Made by a program: the position numbers and the translations under genes | The notes under the pieces: generated by a model | Databases searched by the model: none | The model's input: only the letters and a program-made list of their open reading frames with translations | What the model was told of the DNA's origin: nothing | Shown: in pieces, positions 15,011-27,907 of the stretch | How positions within the stretch are numbered: the first letter of the stretch is position 1 | How the letters are laid out: every line of letters begins with the position of its first letter | From: Camelus dromedarius | Taxonomy: Eukaryota | Assembly (NCBI RefSeq): GCF_036321535.1 | Contig: NC_087436.1 | Span: 12,276,001 to 12,340,000 of the forward strand | DNA length: 64,000 nucleotides | Reading direction: 5' to 3'

Positions 15011-15689
15011 AAGTTTTTTTAAACCTGAATTCATAATAATATGGTTTCATTGGCTATATATTCAACTTGTTAAAAATCAAAACCTACAGAAATAGGGTTT
15101 TTTTGAAGCATTTCTTAATGCAGAATCCTGGAAATTCAAGCTATCAAAACTGATACAATAAGCGTGATAAATTCATAAATTAATAACAATATAAAGTAAG
15201 TTGACAAAAAGTTACTTAACTTGATGCTACTTTCAGGTGATTTCTCAAAGAAACTTTTCCAAACTAAAAATTCAGATACTTTGCATCTAATAAAATATAT
15301 CTCAAGTGCATTGTGAAACAATGTGTAGCCTCTCTGTTTATTTTATAAAACTAGTAAAATTCTGAAAGGCATAATGCACACAACTCATATGAAAAAATTA
15401 TGAAATGCTTCACATACAAATATAAACACATGGATGTTAATGTACATATAATCAAATCAAGCGCTATAATTTATAAAATTGCAGGTGTTTTGATTTGGTA
15501 ATTTGAGAGTAGTTCAATGTTATAAAATCTGTTAATTTGGAGAATAATAGTATCACAATAAAAGCTCTTTAAAATTTTCTATAAGTGCTGTTAATACTGC
15601 AATTCACTATGTATGCTTAATGATAATCTGATGCATTAGGTCTAGAAGATGAATTAGGACTAGATTTAGACAATAAATAGAAGAAACTA

Positions 15690-15870
15690 ATCTTTATTGA
15701 GTTTTTTATACTAAACCAGATGCTGTACTAAATTTCTCTAGTCTACTTACACCCCACTGAGTTTAATATTACAATTATCTACATTTTACATATGAAGAAA
15801 ATTGAAATTAAGAAAGAATTGAGTAATCTGCCTAACATCATACAGATTTCATTTGGCAGAGCTAAGCATT
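15690..15870 (-). mobile_element. MIR SINE
   Basis: Core-like attatctacattttacatatgaagaaaattgaaattaagaaagaattgagtaatctgcctaacatcatacag. Confidence 0.65.
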
Positions 15871-15879
15871 ATATGTTTT

Positions 15880-17080
15880 TAGTTATGAAGGATATGTTAT
15901 TTCCTCCTCAGAAATTCAAAAGAACCAACTAGAAAACAGGACTAGAGGTGATCAAATAAAATCTATTAAAATGTAATAGATTTTAGAGAACTGAAGACTT
16001 TACTCTGGATCTAAAGCAGATCAATTGACTGTGTTGTCAGATGTATAATAAATTGTCAGTTTTTCCAAAATTAATGTACAGTTTTAATGTAATTCCCAAT
16101 AAATTTCTAACAGATTTTTGTTTTGTACCCAGACCAAATATTTCTAGAGTTTATTTCTAAAATAAAAGGATTGGAATCACCAAGGCAAACTTGAAAATAA
16201 TTAATAAAAAGGAGTGAATTGCACAGTAAGAAAAACATTATGAAGTTTCACTAATTCAAATTCTATGATAATGTCAAAATAGACTTCTAGATTAGTAGAA
16301 CAATCTAAAAAAGGACAGAATTATGTGTAAGGGAATAGAAGACCTTTGTCATATACTCATCTACAGAGATGATTTTTTAAAGAAATTGTGAAAATAATTT
16401 CTCAATAAATAGTAATGAAATCATTTAAAATATTTTTGAAAACAATTAAGCTTTTACTTCATACTGCATTTTTTTTCTAAAGAAAACATAAGTGATTTGT
16501 TTTTTATTCTGAAAAAGATGTCTTGGGTACATAAGTTGAAAATAAGAAAATGTAAAATAATTTTTCAGAATTATTTACATAAAATCTCTCATAAGAATGC
16601 AAAAACACATGTAAAAATCAAAATGTGTAATATTATAGCACGAATGAGAGAACTTTGGTATTATGCATATATGAAGAGCTGCTGTAAGCTAATAAATAAA
16701 GACTGACATCATATAAAAATGACTAAGGAAGCAGAATATTTATTGAAGTATCAGTGCAAACAGATATTTATCAATATATGAACTTGTTTACTCTCATTCT
16801 TTATCAAAGAAATGCGATTTGAACCAACAACAATATGTTGTATTTCACCTATTAAATTAACAAAGAAGGAATAGAAGGATAATATCAAATGATTTTGAGG
16901 GTACACAGCTTCTGGAAGTAAATATTGAAATGTCCTGCAGAACTTTGTTGATCTGTGTCATATTTTGCAAAACATGCCTGCACTTTATCCTAGAAATTTA
17001 TCCTACAGCAATTATCTGGGTATGTGCAAAGATCGTTATTTATAATAATGAAAAATTGAAAGCAAAATAAATTTTGAAAG
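15880..17080 (+). mobile_element. Ancient LINE-1 (L1ME/MC-like) ORF2 3' remnant
   Basis: Degenerate motifs (aatgtaattcccaataaatttctaacagatttttg; atcaaagaaatgcgatttgaaccaacaac; tcctagaaatttatcctacag). Confidence 0.55.
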
Positions 17081-18199
17081 CCAAAAAATAACATTGATTG
17101 TTTACTTTTTAAGAATTAAATATTCTATGTTACAAAAAGATACATAATGGCTAATGTAAAAGTAAAATGTTTATTTGATCATTTCCTTATCAAATCATGT
17201 TTATTAAGAAGGAATAAAACATGGTATAAAATAAGATTATCACTAAATTTATCTCTCTGAAGATAATCACATGAGTTATTATCTAAACATATCATGACAC
17301 CTTTGTTACGCATGTTATTTTTTTTAAAAAAGACTATTTCCTGAAACTAGAGGACTATTCAAATTTTTGGTAAATTTAATAAACAGGTTAAAAATCACAA
17401 GCATGAAAAGATCTAATTTTTAACTTACGTATGTTAGAGGCAAAATTATGAAAGGATATATATGAACACAATGCTTATTTCTCCCTGGTGGATTTACAAA
17501 TAGTTTTTGATTTCTTCTTCCTTTTATTTTCTGCAATAAACACATACTGTGTTAGCCAGGAAAATATTTTTTAAGTAAAAGTGTTGCTGCACAATTTAAT
17601 GCCACAGAACTGTATGCTTAGATGATTAAAATGTTAAATTTTATGTTCTGTTTGTTTTAAACCACAGTTTAAAATGTTAAGATTATCAATGGACACATAC
17701 ATCTTCTTAAGACTGAGCCCCGTAAGATAAAGACAGAGTCCTGTCCGGTCTCAGGCTGTCCTGGATGTGCACAGCACGGGCTGGGAATGGTCCAGAATGT
17801 GCCTCTGAGAACGTAGCTGTGTTGAGCTTATGAAATCCACAATATCGATTCTTCCACCCCTTAGAACTGCCTGAACTTTTAACAAGGGCATATTGCTTAT
17901 GTCGTGCATAGAGTTAACTCTATTTTTTTCCTGTATAGCCCCAGTGAAAAGCTATCATTTGACCACTTTTATGTTGTAAAACTTTCTTTTCACAGAACCT
18001 AATGATTTACACATACGGGGTCAATTCATAGTATAATATTTATATTGCCAAAGGGCCCGCTTAACTTTCACAATTACTTTGTAGAAAAATCTTTTATTTC
18101 ATTAAAATAAATGCATCTTCTGGTGTGTGAAAGAAATCTTTGCCATCAAGAATCTCACAAACATAGAGCAAGGGCAACGCCTAGTAATACAGTAGGCAA

Positions 18200-18830
18200 A
18201 CTGAAAATTGAAGAAAACGAGATACATCGTCATGGATTTGCAGAGATAAGAGAGCTCAGTCCTTACTGGGCGATCCAAGCATAACTGAAGAAAGGGTAGC
18301 ATTTAATTTAGACCCTGAAAGATATGAAGAGTTTCCAAAACTAGGGAAGGGGGAAGTGGAATCCCAAGTAGCATTATGTGCACCCTGAATAAAGAAATAC
18401 TGAGACTGGCGTACTTTGTCGGGACAAACAGCAGGAGTCAGGCGTGAGTGAGATGAAGATTCTTTGTGATCGTGAAAGTGAGGCAGCAAAGGGAGGTTAT
18501 GAGCCACAATCTTTGACGCGCAGACTTAGAAATGTATATTGAGTTGGATGTAGAGCCACCGACGTCATAATGGGACCCCAACTTTAGTGGGGATTAAAAT
18601 GATCCCCACTAAAGCGTGGAGGATGAATTGGAGAAGAACACGACTGAAAACCAAAGCACAGCTTGTGAAGCAGCTGCGTTCATCCAGAGAAGCACGGAGG
18701 ACACGGCCAGTGAGAAAGACGGCGTCTCACCGACACCGCAGGGTGTCTACGGAAACTGGTAACTGATTAGAGATAAGGGTGGAGTGGGGATTAAAGAAAG
18801 GCAGGTAGAAAAAATATTCCTGTGAATAGT
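18200..18830 (-). mobile_element. L2 LINE remnant
   Basis: Purine-rich text resembling antisense L2 (gtggaggatgaattggagaag; gaaactggtaactgattagagataaggg). Confidence 0.5.
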
Positions 18831-19269
18831 TGGTGGTGACAAATCGAAACTTCAAAATCCAGATATTAATATATAAGTTTAAGCAGAAAAATTATTTTCA
18901 TGACCTAATCCAGCTCCTGGTTTTCACCTGTCAAATAATGAATCTCTGATGGATTTAAGATCCCCGAGTCATACAATTAGCCTATCATAAAGCAGTGGCT
19001 TAACTTGAGGCTCAAGTTCACCTGTCCATTCTTCTTTAGATTTTAAATTAAGAATCCCTTTCTTTAACATGTTGATTTTCCTGTGGAACTTTAAAATTAA
19101 TGTTTTTATGTTTCCCAGCTGCATTAAGTAAATTGGGTTAAAATTTTTATTCATTTTATAACTGTTGAAGATAGTAATATATGAGAATCTCAACAATGTA
19201 TTTAGATTACTTTAGTGTTTTTCTACACATTATCCAATTAAATTTTTGATTTAACCCTGCCCAGATCAG

Positions 19270-19390
19270 CCTGAAATGATGATCTCCATTTTATAGCAAG
19301 AAAATTCATTCAAACTCAGAAAGTTTAAGTAAACTAGTCAACTGAGAAGCTAGAACTTGAACCCAGGCTTTCTGACTCCCAGTCACAAAC
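19270..19390 (-). mobile_element. MIR SINE
   Basis: ctccattttatagcaagaaaatt...ctcagaaagtttaagtaaact...gctagaacttgaacccaggctttctgactcc. Confidence 0.65.
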
Positions 19391-19476
19391 GGCTTCTAGT
19401 TGTAGAAAAAGATGCAAATGTTCCCTTTAGCATGATACAATTCAGTGCTGAACAAAACCTTAATTATCAGTTATTC

Positions 19477-19683
19477 CAGGAGTTGGTCGATCTTTCTGGA
19501 GAGGACATGTAGTAAATATTTTGGCTTTGCCAGCTAAACAGTTTGTTCAAATACTCAATTCTACTGTCATATTGCTAAAGCAGTCATAGACAGTACATAA
19601 AGGAATGTGTACAACAAAGTTTTCTTTACAAAAACTGGCCGCAGGCTGGATGTGACCCATGGGGAAGAGTTTACTGAGCCCTG
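19477..19683 (+). mobile_element. MER58-like hAT-Charlie MITE
   Basis: Degenerate TIRs caggagttgg...agtttactgagccctg; internal tagtaaatattttggctttgc and aaagcagtcatagaca. A related copy lies at 63251-63467. Confidence 0.75.
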
Positions 19684-22600
19684 ATCTTGCCCCTACTCTG
19701 ATTTCTGAGAAGAAAACTGTTGACTCCACAGAGAGTTTATTAGACTTGTCCAAGCTACTTCTGGCTGGAGCCCAGACATCTATTTTATTTTACTGCTTTT
19801 GATTCTAATATCTCTTTCTAAAGAACTATTTACTAGTATCAGCCTAATTGACAAGATTTGTATCTTCCCCGTCCCCAGCACTGTAACGTATATTATTCGA
19901 ATTGGTCTTTTGATGGTGTTCATGAAATTAATTTGGTTAGTCAATAATGTCTTAATTGTGCTGACAGAAGTTCAGTGATTACATCTTTCTCTGGAGACTT
20001 CCAGACATCTGGTCCCTTGACTGTTGATCTGCCTTTCTTCAAGATTCTTCGCTCTGCAGGATTGTAAAACAAAATCTTTAAAGAGCAAAATCCACAGCAG
20101 TTGTATCAATTAAAAGTTGCAGACTAGCAACCAAGGCTCCTAACAGATCAATGGAAATCTTAGACTTGTTCTTTGTAACTCCCTCAATCCCATGTTTCGA
20201 GGGAACTATGATAAATTTTCAATTGATAAATGGTAAATCGATACTTAACCATAAGAAATAAAACATTTACATAATTGTGCTAGATAGTTTTTATTTCATC
20301 ATTTAAAAAAAAAAGAAAAGATGCAACGCATTTACATAAAATAGCATAATAGGAAACAACCAGATATTTTTCAAATGCTTTTGATTTGTAATTCAAGTAT
20401 GAATTCTGCTAGTAACCTTAGTCAAAGGCCAACATTTTTCATCTACATCAGAGCCCTAAGATTTGATTTTAGAAAACCTATCTTTATTACATTTTCTGCT
20501 TCTAAAGGACTCTGTGTTTTATATTAAAGTGGGTCAGTTTTGTTCTTCCACAGTGCTTGGAGTTTAAAATAGAAGATTAAAAACAAGATAGGAAACTGTG
20601 CTGTTTAGATTTACACCCCTCCTTCCAACTGTGTGTGTGTGTGTGTTCCAAGATTCAAAAATTAACTATTTGTTAGCAATCCAACCACAGTGTTTCAATT
20701 TTGAATAAATTTTGATGATACACATCCTTCCAATTTAGCTGATTTTTTTCCTTCTCCAGAAGGAAGTTGAAACTCTGCATACGATTATAAAAAAAAAAAA
20801 AGCACCTTTAAATCTCAGAGGAAAGCCACAAATGAGCCTTAGGGTCTACTGTTTGTGTCTGTCTTCCAGTTTTGCCATCTCTGTTATAATAAATGAGTTC
20901 CCATATGATCATACAGAGTTGAAACCCCAGTGGTTGCTGTAGGGAGACTACAAATGCAGACTGAAGCTTAATATCAGACAGTGGTAGCATTCCTTATTTG
21001 CAGCAGACTTAAATACAAAGCTAAGGGTGAACCAGAAATTATCTCCCACTTATGTCCTAAGAATAACTTGATGTTTGCATTGTTATTCAAAGATAGAGAA
21101 GCAAACATATTGGGAACTTCAGGAAGATAGCTTAGAATCCATGCATTTTCATAATCAAGTTTTGAGGATTCTTGGAAAAGACAGGGAAAAAAAGGATTAG
21201 TCTTTTGTCTTTTGATATTTTGGAAATTTTTGTAACACTTTTAGAATATTTAACATGATAAAATCAGGTGAAGGAAAAGAAAAATGAAGGAAAAAGAAAA
21301 ACTGTAATAATGTAGACAGAAATAAATGAGAAGTTTTATTAAACCAAATTATGCCACGCCTACTGTATTACATTTTAAAAAGCAGCATGTCTCTATTCTC
21401 ACATCCTTAACAGATTCCACCCTTTTATAATCAAGAAAGTACATGTTTAAAGAAACTGATAAATGTTAAATTTAACGGTGAAATGTTAACACCATTATAA
21501 ACTATAAGTGAATTTCATTATAGCTAGACAAATTCTTAGTTTCTATCTCTGTGAAATGATTATTTATACTGGCAATTAAAACCAACTGCATGTATAATTT
21601 TATCAATGAAAATTGTGGTGCTGAAATATAAGATGCCATGAGAAATGTTTATTGTTATGCTGTATTTTCACTTTAGGAAGAAGTCAGTTAGGTAAGGATT
21701 GGTTTGCCTTTCTGTTACTACTTACCTTTCTGTTAAATATTGTGCTCAAGAAATGGGAGAAGTATATGTTTTCTAACACAAAAATGGTAGTAATTTTAGG
21801 AAGTATGGTTTCAAGATTGATTGATTATATATTTTTTGCTTTTTTTTATTCTTTGAGAAGCCTCTAAAATTCAGTTTTTTTTTATATTGTCACAAACGGA
21901 TTATTTAAATAGTGTTACAAACTACAGTTTTATATTAGAAGTATTTCAAATATTCATAATTTGTTGCTTTTGGCCAAAGTCCATTTCTGTTTCTGAAGTA
22001 AAGAAGAGGTTCACTATACACCATAAGTATCTTAGATATTTTAAGCAGAATAGAGTTAGAATAACTTTCTGAGTATAAAAATATTTTCCAAATGAATTTT
22101 ACCTCATCAGATACATGCATTTCTTAGGCTGACTCTACTTTTGGTGTAATTAAGGGAAAAATAGTTAATGATTTGGAAAGTAGAGTCTTTTTTTAAAGCA
22201 GTAAGAAAATTGTCTTTCCTAAAGTTGTTCTTGAATTATTTTAAAAATTAGCACCATTTCAAAACAAAGTACAGAATAAAGGCTCATGTACAAGATCTTC
22301 TAACTTGAAAGTTCTTTAAATATATATTCTTGGATCTAGAGAAGCATAGTGACATCTGTCTTTGATTACAGTTACATGAACAAATTTGAATTCTAGAGCT
22401 GTATTTAAAACATTTCAACATACACAACGATATTATGTTCTTAGAAGATGGCACATGGCGGTTATTTTTAACATAATTATTGATGTCTGAAATAAATTAT
22501 TAAAAAGTAGAAATTCATGGCAAAGTCAGAGTTTTCATGGTTTAAAGTAATATTTATCTAAGAAAATTCAAAATAAGCTATTTGAATAAAGATTTCTGTT

Positions 22601-22902
22601 TGTTTCACAATTATGCAAATTAACTTTACAGAAACTTTGGTTTAATTGCTAAAATATTTAGTTTGCTTATTGACATTGTGCTTCCATATTGTTAAACATT
22701 CATGTGAATGAGAAAATGGGATTTTTGTGATGTTTGTTAAGAAAAAACACTAGAGAGAGACTAATATAGGAAGAAAATAAAAAGAATTTGCTGTGAATCC
22801 CATTTTCACAGTAGTCCCGGGTTCCTAGCCTCCAGGAATCAGATCACCCACGTGAAGTTGCAGTCACTTTTAATCTGTGTGTTCTGTTGTTCCATTTTGC
22901 AG

Positions 22903-23005
22903 ATTGTTTTAAATTTTACTACAATGGACCTATACAAAAGTAGCTTGTGCTGGTATGACTACATTGAAGTCAGAGATGGGTACTGGAGAAAATCTCCTCT
23001 GCTTG
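22903..23005 (+). CDS. TLL1: TLL1 coding exon (~exon 10), CUB1: [34 protein letters not shown](G)
   Basis: Acceptor ttttgcag|ATT; donor CTTG|gtaaga; 103 nt; lies within ORF 22852..23058. Confidence 0.97.
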
Positions 23006-24149
23006 GTAAGAGATCATTTGCTCTTACGTGGCTACACATAATGGTCTGTCCTGTCTGAAGACAGTTCTTTCAAGAGTCATCTCAGAGTTTAAAATGTATG
23101 AGACTAACATTTTCATTTGTATTATACTTTTTTCCAAACACAGCAAAAATACAGGTAGATAAATAGATGATTGATTTAAACTAGCTTAAATTATGAGGTG
23201 GTGCTCGTATCTGAACATAATGATTTAGAATAGCTTTCACATGTAGAGAGCTTTTAGTGACTACTCATCGCCTGTATCTGTGTTTTTAATTTATAGATCA
23301 GACTTTTAATGAGAAGACCAGATAAATTGCGTGTGCGTGTTATGTTTTATTTTGCTTTGTTGGCCAAGGCAGTAGAGCATGAGCTATTAGGAACATGTTC
23401 AGTCTCTGGCTTCCTACACCGAGGATGTTGGCTCTTACTGAAGATGTCACAGTATTGCTTCTCAGACAGGTTTTTGCGGCTGAGAAGCTGCGGTTGTAGT
23501 TTGTGCCATAAACTGTAGCTCAGGTTTGGTGCTCACAAAAGTCGGCTGCCAGCAGGTGACCACAGACCACACCATTAGCTGGTGTGAGGCACTTTACTGT
23601 TGCCCTCGGTTTTACTTAAAGGTGAGAGCTACTGTGAGTGTGTGAACATCTACTCTACTGGTTTTTATTTTTTGAGACTGTAACTTTTCCTTTATTTTCG
23701 AAGTAGCTTTGGCCAGTTGCGTTTATGTGTCATACAGATCTTTTTTTTCTTAACATCTAAAACCTGCTGAATGAACACTGTTGTATTAAAGGTGACAGCA
23801 GCCTTAATAAGTCCAAGAGATCTCTAGAAATGCTTAAAAATAAGGAAAAATAAAGATCTGAATTAATTTGATAAGTCAGGTTGAGGAAAACACTGTCTTG
23901 AACATTTAGTTTCGTTGTCTAGATGAAGCAATTTGTAATATATGTATGTATGTATGTTCCAAAGAGAACATTTCATTAGACTCACATTGAAAAAGAAATC
24001 TGAAGCTGACATGTTGAGAACTCTTCTTGAGAGCTCTATCAGCGTCACCTGCTGCGGGGAATACCGCCAGCCAGACTGGCTCAGTCTGACCACAGTGTTC
24101 ATGTGGGACACTTGCCCCACTATTTCCTCTGAAACTCAGAATGTAGCCT

Positions 24150-24275
24150 TCCCACCGGCAGCACCAGAATCACTTGGAAGGCTAGAAATATACAAATTCA
24201 GGTCCCACCCCAGACTGTCTGAACCAGAGGCTGCATTTTAACAGACTCCCTGGCCATTCATATACCCGTTACAAC
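24150..24275. mobile_element. MER5-like hAT DNA transposon fragment
   Basis: gcagcaccagaatcacttggaaggctagaaatatacaaattcaggtcccaccccagactgtctgaaccagaggctgcattttaaca. Confidence 0.7.
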
Positions 24276-24429
24276 TTTTTCTCTTTTGGTCATGTCATGG
24301 CGATGTGTTTTGGTAATACACATTTGGTTATGGCTCTAGTACTGAGGGTAGAGCTAGGAACCAAATCAGGTTTTACATGTTTAGTTTGTAGCCAAGTGGA
24401 AAGCAATGAGAATATAGAGCCATATTTAG

Positions 24430-24588
<159 letters not shown>

Positions 24589-25782
24589 TGAGTTTGAGAG
24601 ATGACTTCCCCTTAGATCTCTTAACAAAAGTGTCCTTTCTCTCAATGTCATTAGAATGATCTTCTTACTGTATCTTAATTATGAAGTTTTCTAAGCCTGT
24701 ATTATAATGTTTATTAGCAGGATGATTTTAATGAAAATCCTCGGTAAATTTAAATTGCAAGAACAGCCTGTCTTCTGGTACCAGTAATGTAGTAACATAT
24801 AAATGGACTCATCAGGGAAGTGTGGGGGAAAAAAACCAACTCATCAGGGATGTGTGGGAAACGGCAACAAATGGTACAAGAGTTCTTAGATTTTGGCTGT
24901 TTTTTCACGATAATATTAAAATATTATGAAGAAATAGCCACTTCTCTTGACTGAGTTGGTGTGTATTGGATGACTGTACTACTGAAATGCTCTTTTACAA
25001 AAACTGCACAGTTCTGGAGCTTTCTTTGTCTAAATGAAAGAGTCAGCATTCAAGAAGAATTTCCTAGAGACTTTGCTCTATACGTCTTTTAAACAATAAA
25101 CTGGCATTGTGTTTCCTGGCTTTCAAAACCACTCCCTTCTTGCCAGGTCATGGGTGGAGAAGACCCTTTCTTGCTCCTGCCTCTGCCCAGATAATTTAAT
25201 TTATCTTATCTAAATTAAGATAATTTAGAAGATGGAAGATTTCTGCTTCCCTTAGACTTTTAAGAGAACAGAAGCGTTTATTTCCGAGATTAACTGGGGT
25301 GGCAGTGAAGAAGCTGGATTGGAAGGAGCCAGAGGTGTTGAGCACAAGGTCTGCTCAGGGCCAGGGGCCCAGGGGCCCAGGGAGTTCTGCACAGCAGTTT
25401 CACCTGAGGTTGAAAGACCAAAAGAAGCAATTCGGGGAATCACAGCACAAACTCACATAGAAGAAATTGACAAAATCTCAAAAAGTTTTTTAAAAGTTAA
25501 AAAAAAAAGCTTGTTTTTATAAAAATGTGGATTAACAGTGATTACTCCTCTACTGACTATTATCTAATATTTATAGTTGAGTGGCCAGGTTTTGGAGTTT
25601 TTTTGTTTTGTTTTGGGTTTTTTTTTTTTTGCCAACTAAATATAAGCAGCCAACCTTGATGTTTCTAACCTGGTCTGTAGGTACTCAGCTACAGGCATGG
25701 AACTCAAATGTTCTCTTAGAAGAAAGTGAAAATGCAATGGCATGTCTAGGTTTATTTATTTGTTTCATTTTGCTTTCCTCAG

Positions 25783-25928
25783 CTATCTGTGGAGGTGAGA
25801 TACGTAAAAATGAAGGACAGATTCAGTCTCCTAACTACCCTGATGACTACAGGCCGATGAAAGAATGTGTGTGGAAGATCACAGTGACAGAAGGCTGCTA
25901 CGTGGGGCTGACCTTCCAGGCCTTTGAG
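25783..25928 (+). CDS. TLL1: TLL1 coding exon (~exon 12), first half of CUB2: (A)[48 protein letters not shown]
   Basis: Acceptor ttcctcag|CT; donor GAG|gtaaag; 146 nt; lies within ORF 25581..26018. Confidence 0.97.
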
Positions 25929-27192
25929 GTAAAGTCCCTCAGGCAGCCTTCCCAGGGCACATCCTCCATAAATGACAATACATTTAAGGGGATCCTCATT
26001 AAAGAAGCAAAGAACTAGAGAAGCAGCTTTTTAGTCAGTGAAGAAGCAACGGATTGCCTATAAAATGTTAACATCAAGAGCAAGGAGGGTTTTTTTCTTC
26101 TTTCCTCTGATTGCAGACATTTGCAAGAAGATTAAAGTGCGTTTACATGATCTGTGCTTGTTGAATTAGAGTGTTTGAAGTCCTGACAACAGTTTCTTTT
26201 GACAAATGCCCAGGGGCTTCTTTCACAAAGAATGCTTGAAGGGTCCATTAAATAATAGAACTTTTATTTCTCTTGTAAACTAAGAGGTTAAAAGGTAGAT
26301 TGTCTTTTGTTGTTGAGGGAAATCCATTTTTTCAGCTTTTTACCCTTATGCAGACAATTGTTTATATCAGAAATAGAGATTTAAATATTCTTAGGAGCTT
26401 TTGTCTTCATCAAAAATAATTATTGAGAGAGAGGTCAGCACCAACATTACATTATTAGATGAGGGCAGAATAAACCAAAGGCCAGTCAGAAGTCTGTGTC
26501 CAGGACCGCCGCACTGGCTCATGAGTCATTTTATGTGTGGTGGGGAGAGCTGAGTAAGGGATTAGAAGCCAAGAGCTGTGGGACTTCGTCAGGAACTGCT
26601 GAGTGTGTTTAAACAATAGAATCGGGCTAGAAACTGAGATCCCAAAGTGAAGTGGAAAGGAATGATGAGGTGATGGCAGTAGGTTCAGGTAGGACTTAAG
26701 AGATGCCGATGCCATAACTGGAGATTATTCCCTTACTGATCAGAAGGCCTATTCACTGCCCAAGTGATCAGAAGGCAGTAGAGGACGCTGTCCACTGTGT
26801 GAAGGTGTCTTTAAGTAGAAACACACATAAAACAAGCTTAAGTGTTGATTGGCTGACAAAAATTCTGTGGCCAGGGGTTCAGAACCCAACCATGTATTTC
26901 CCTATGAGCTATGAATCAGTATTCACAAACTCAGTATTTTCAGTGACTTTATTTAAGAACTCAACTAGAGCGAGTACGTAGAATCTACTGGGTATGTTGT
27001 AAATTTGGTCCAGTGGTTGTTATGTGGTTTGTTTCAGTTAGTCAGTTATCTGTTTATATCAACTGATTTTTGTTTACATAATATATTTTCAATATACAGC
27101 TTATATATTTTATTTGGGAAAATTACTGATATAATTAAAAAGAAGTTGTCACTATTCTCAGTGTTTTCTGTCTTTCTGACAAAAGTTTTTAT

Positions 27193-27565
27193 TCACTGTT
27201 TTCTCCTCCAAGCCTCTGTAGTTCCCTTTCTGTCCCAGTGGGAGGAGCTTCTCCCAGGGGAGGGCGCTGTTCCCTTTCTGTCCCAGTGGACCTCCCCACT
27301 GGGCAGCGAGCTTCCCAGGGGAGGGCACTGTTCCTCCTTTGCTGTTCCCTCCACAAGGGATAGGTCCCACCCCAATTTTCTTTTTTTCTTTTTTCCTACC
27401 CAGTTTTGAGAAGATTTTCTTTGTATTTCTGATTGTAAGAGATAGTCTGCCAAAGTTCAGTATGTATTCTGTGAGAGTTGTTCCTTATTTAGATGTAGTT
27501 TTGAGGTATTCATGAGAGCGGGTGAGCCACAAGTCCTTCTACGCTGCCATCTTGGCCATCTCCCC
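27193..27565 (-). mobile_element. L1 5'UTR-only insertion flanked by a 13-bp direct repeat
   Basis: The minus strand starts ggggagatggccaagatggcagcgtagaaggacttgtggctcacc, an L1-like 5' end with a YY1-type AAGATGGC, resembling the ends at 39320, 61878 and 63215. CAAAAGTTTTTAT occurs at 27180-27192 and 27566-27578. Confidence 0.8.
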
Positions 27566-27585
27566 CAAAAGTTTTTATCTTGGTA

Positions 27586-27907
27586 CAGTTGACCCTTTGA
27601 ACAACACAAGTTCGACTGAGGCCCACTTTTATGTGGATTGAAAAAAAAATAAGCAGAGTACCCTTTATTTTCATTTTACAGATCTTTAACTAAGTGCGGG
27701 TGAAAGTTTTTGTTTGATTAGAGATCACAATATACAGAATCAAAAGAACTAGGGTTTGAGTGGTGAATCTTTCCAACTGTTTCAGCCTCCCCACCTTGGA
27801 TGAGTCATTTATCAGTTTCTTTGCTTCTGAGGCAGAGATAGAAGGTACAGTTTTTCAGCTGCACCAGCATGGCACCCCTAGCTCCAACGTTATTCAGGGG
27901 TCAACTG
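27586..27907. mobile_element. Tigger2-like (TcMar-Tigger) non-autonomous DNA transposon
   Basis: TIRs CAGTTGACCCTTTGAACAAC...GTTATTCAGGGGTCAACTG; TA on the left flank and TG (decayed TA) on the right. Confidence 0.85.

Noticed and set aside
25190..25230. AT-rich inverted repeat TTATCTTA...TAAGATAA
   Set aside because: It is a short, low-complexity stem expected by chance at this AT content.
25581..26018. ORF-track ORFs such as 25581..26018 and 33118..33462 as single-exon proteins with hydrophobic leaders
   Set aside because: The hydrophobic N-termini are translated T-rich intron or polypyrimidine tracts. Only the splice-bounded parts match TLL1.
26737..26776. Small direct repeats (TGATCAGAAGGC twice; also ~21270-21300 and ~55548-55573)
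   Set aside because: These are two-copy 12-16 bp slippage-type duplications, common in introns, with no higher-order structure.
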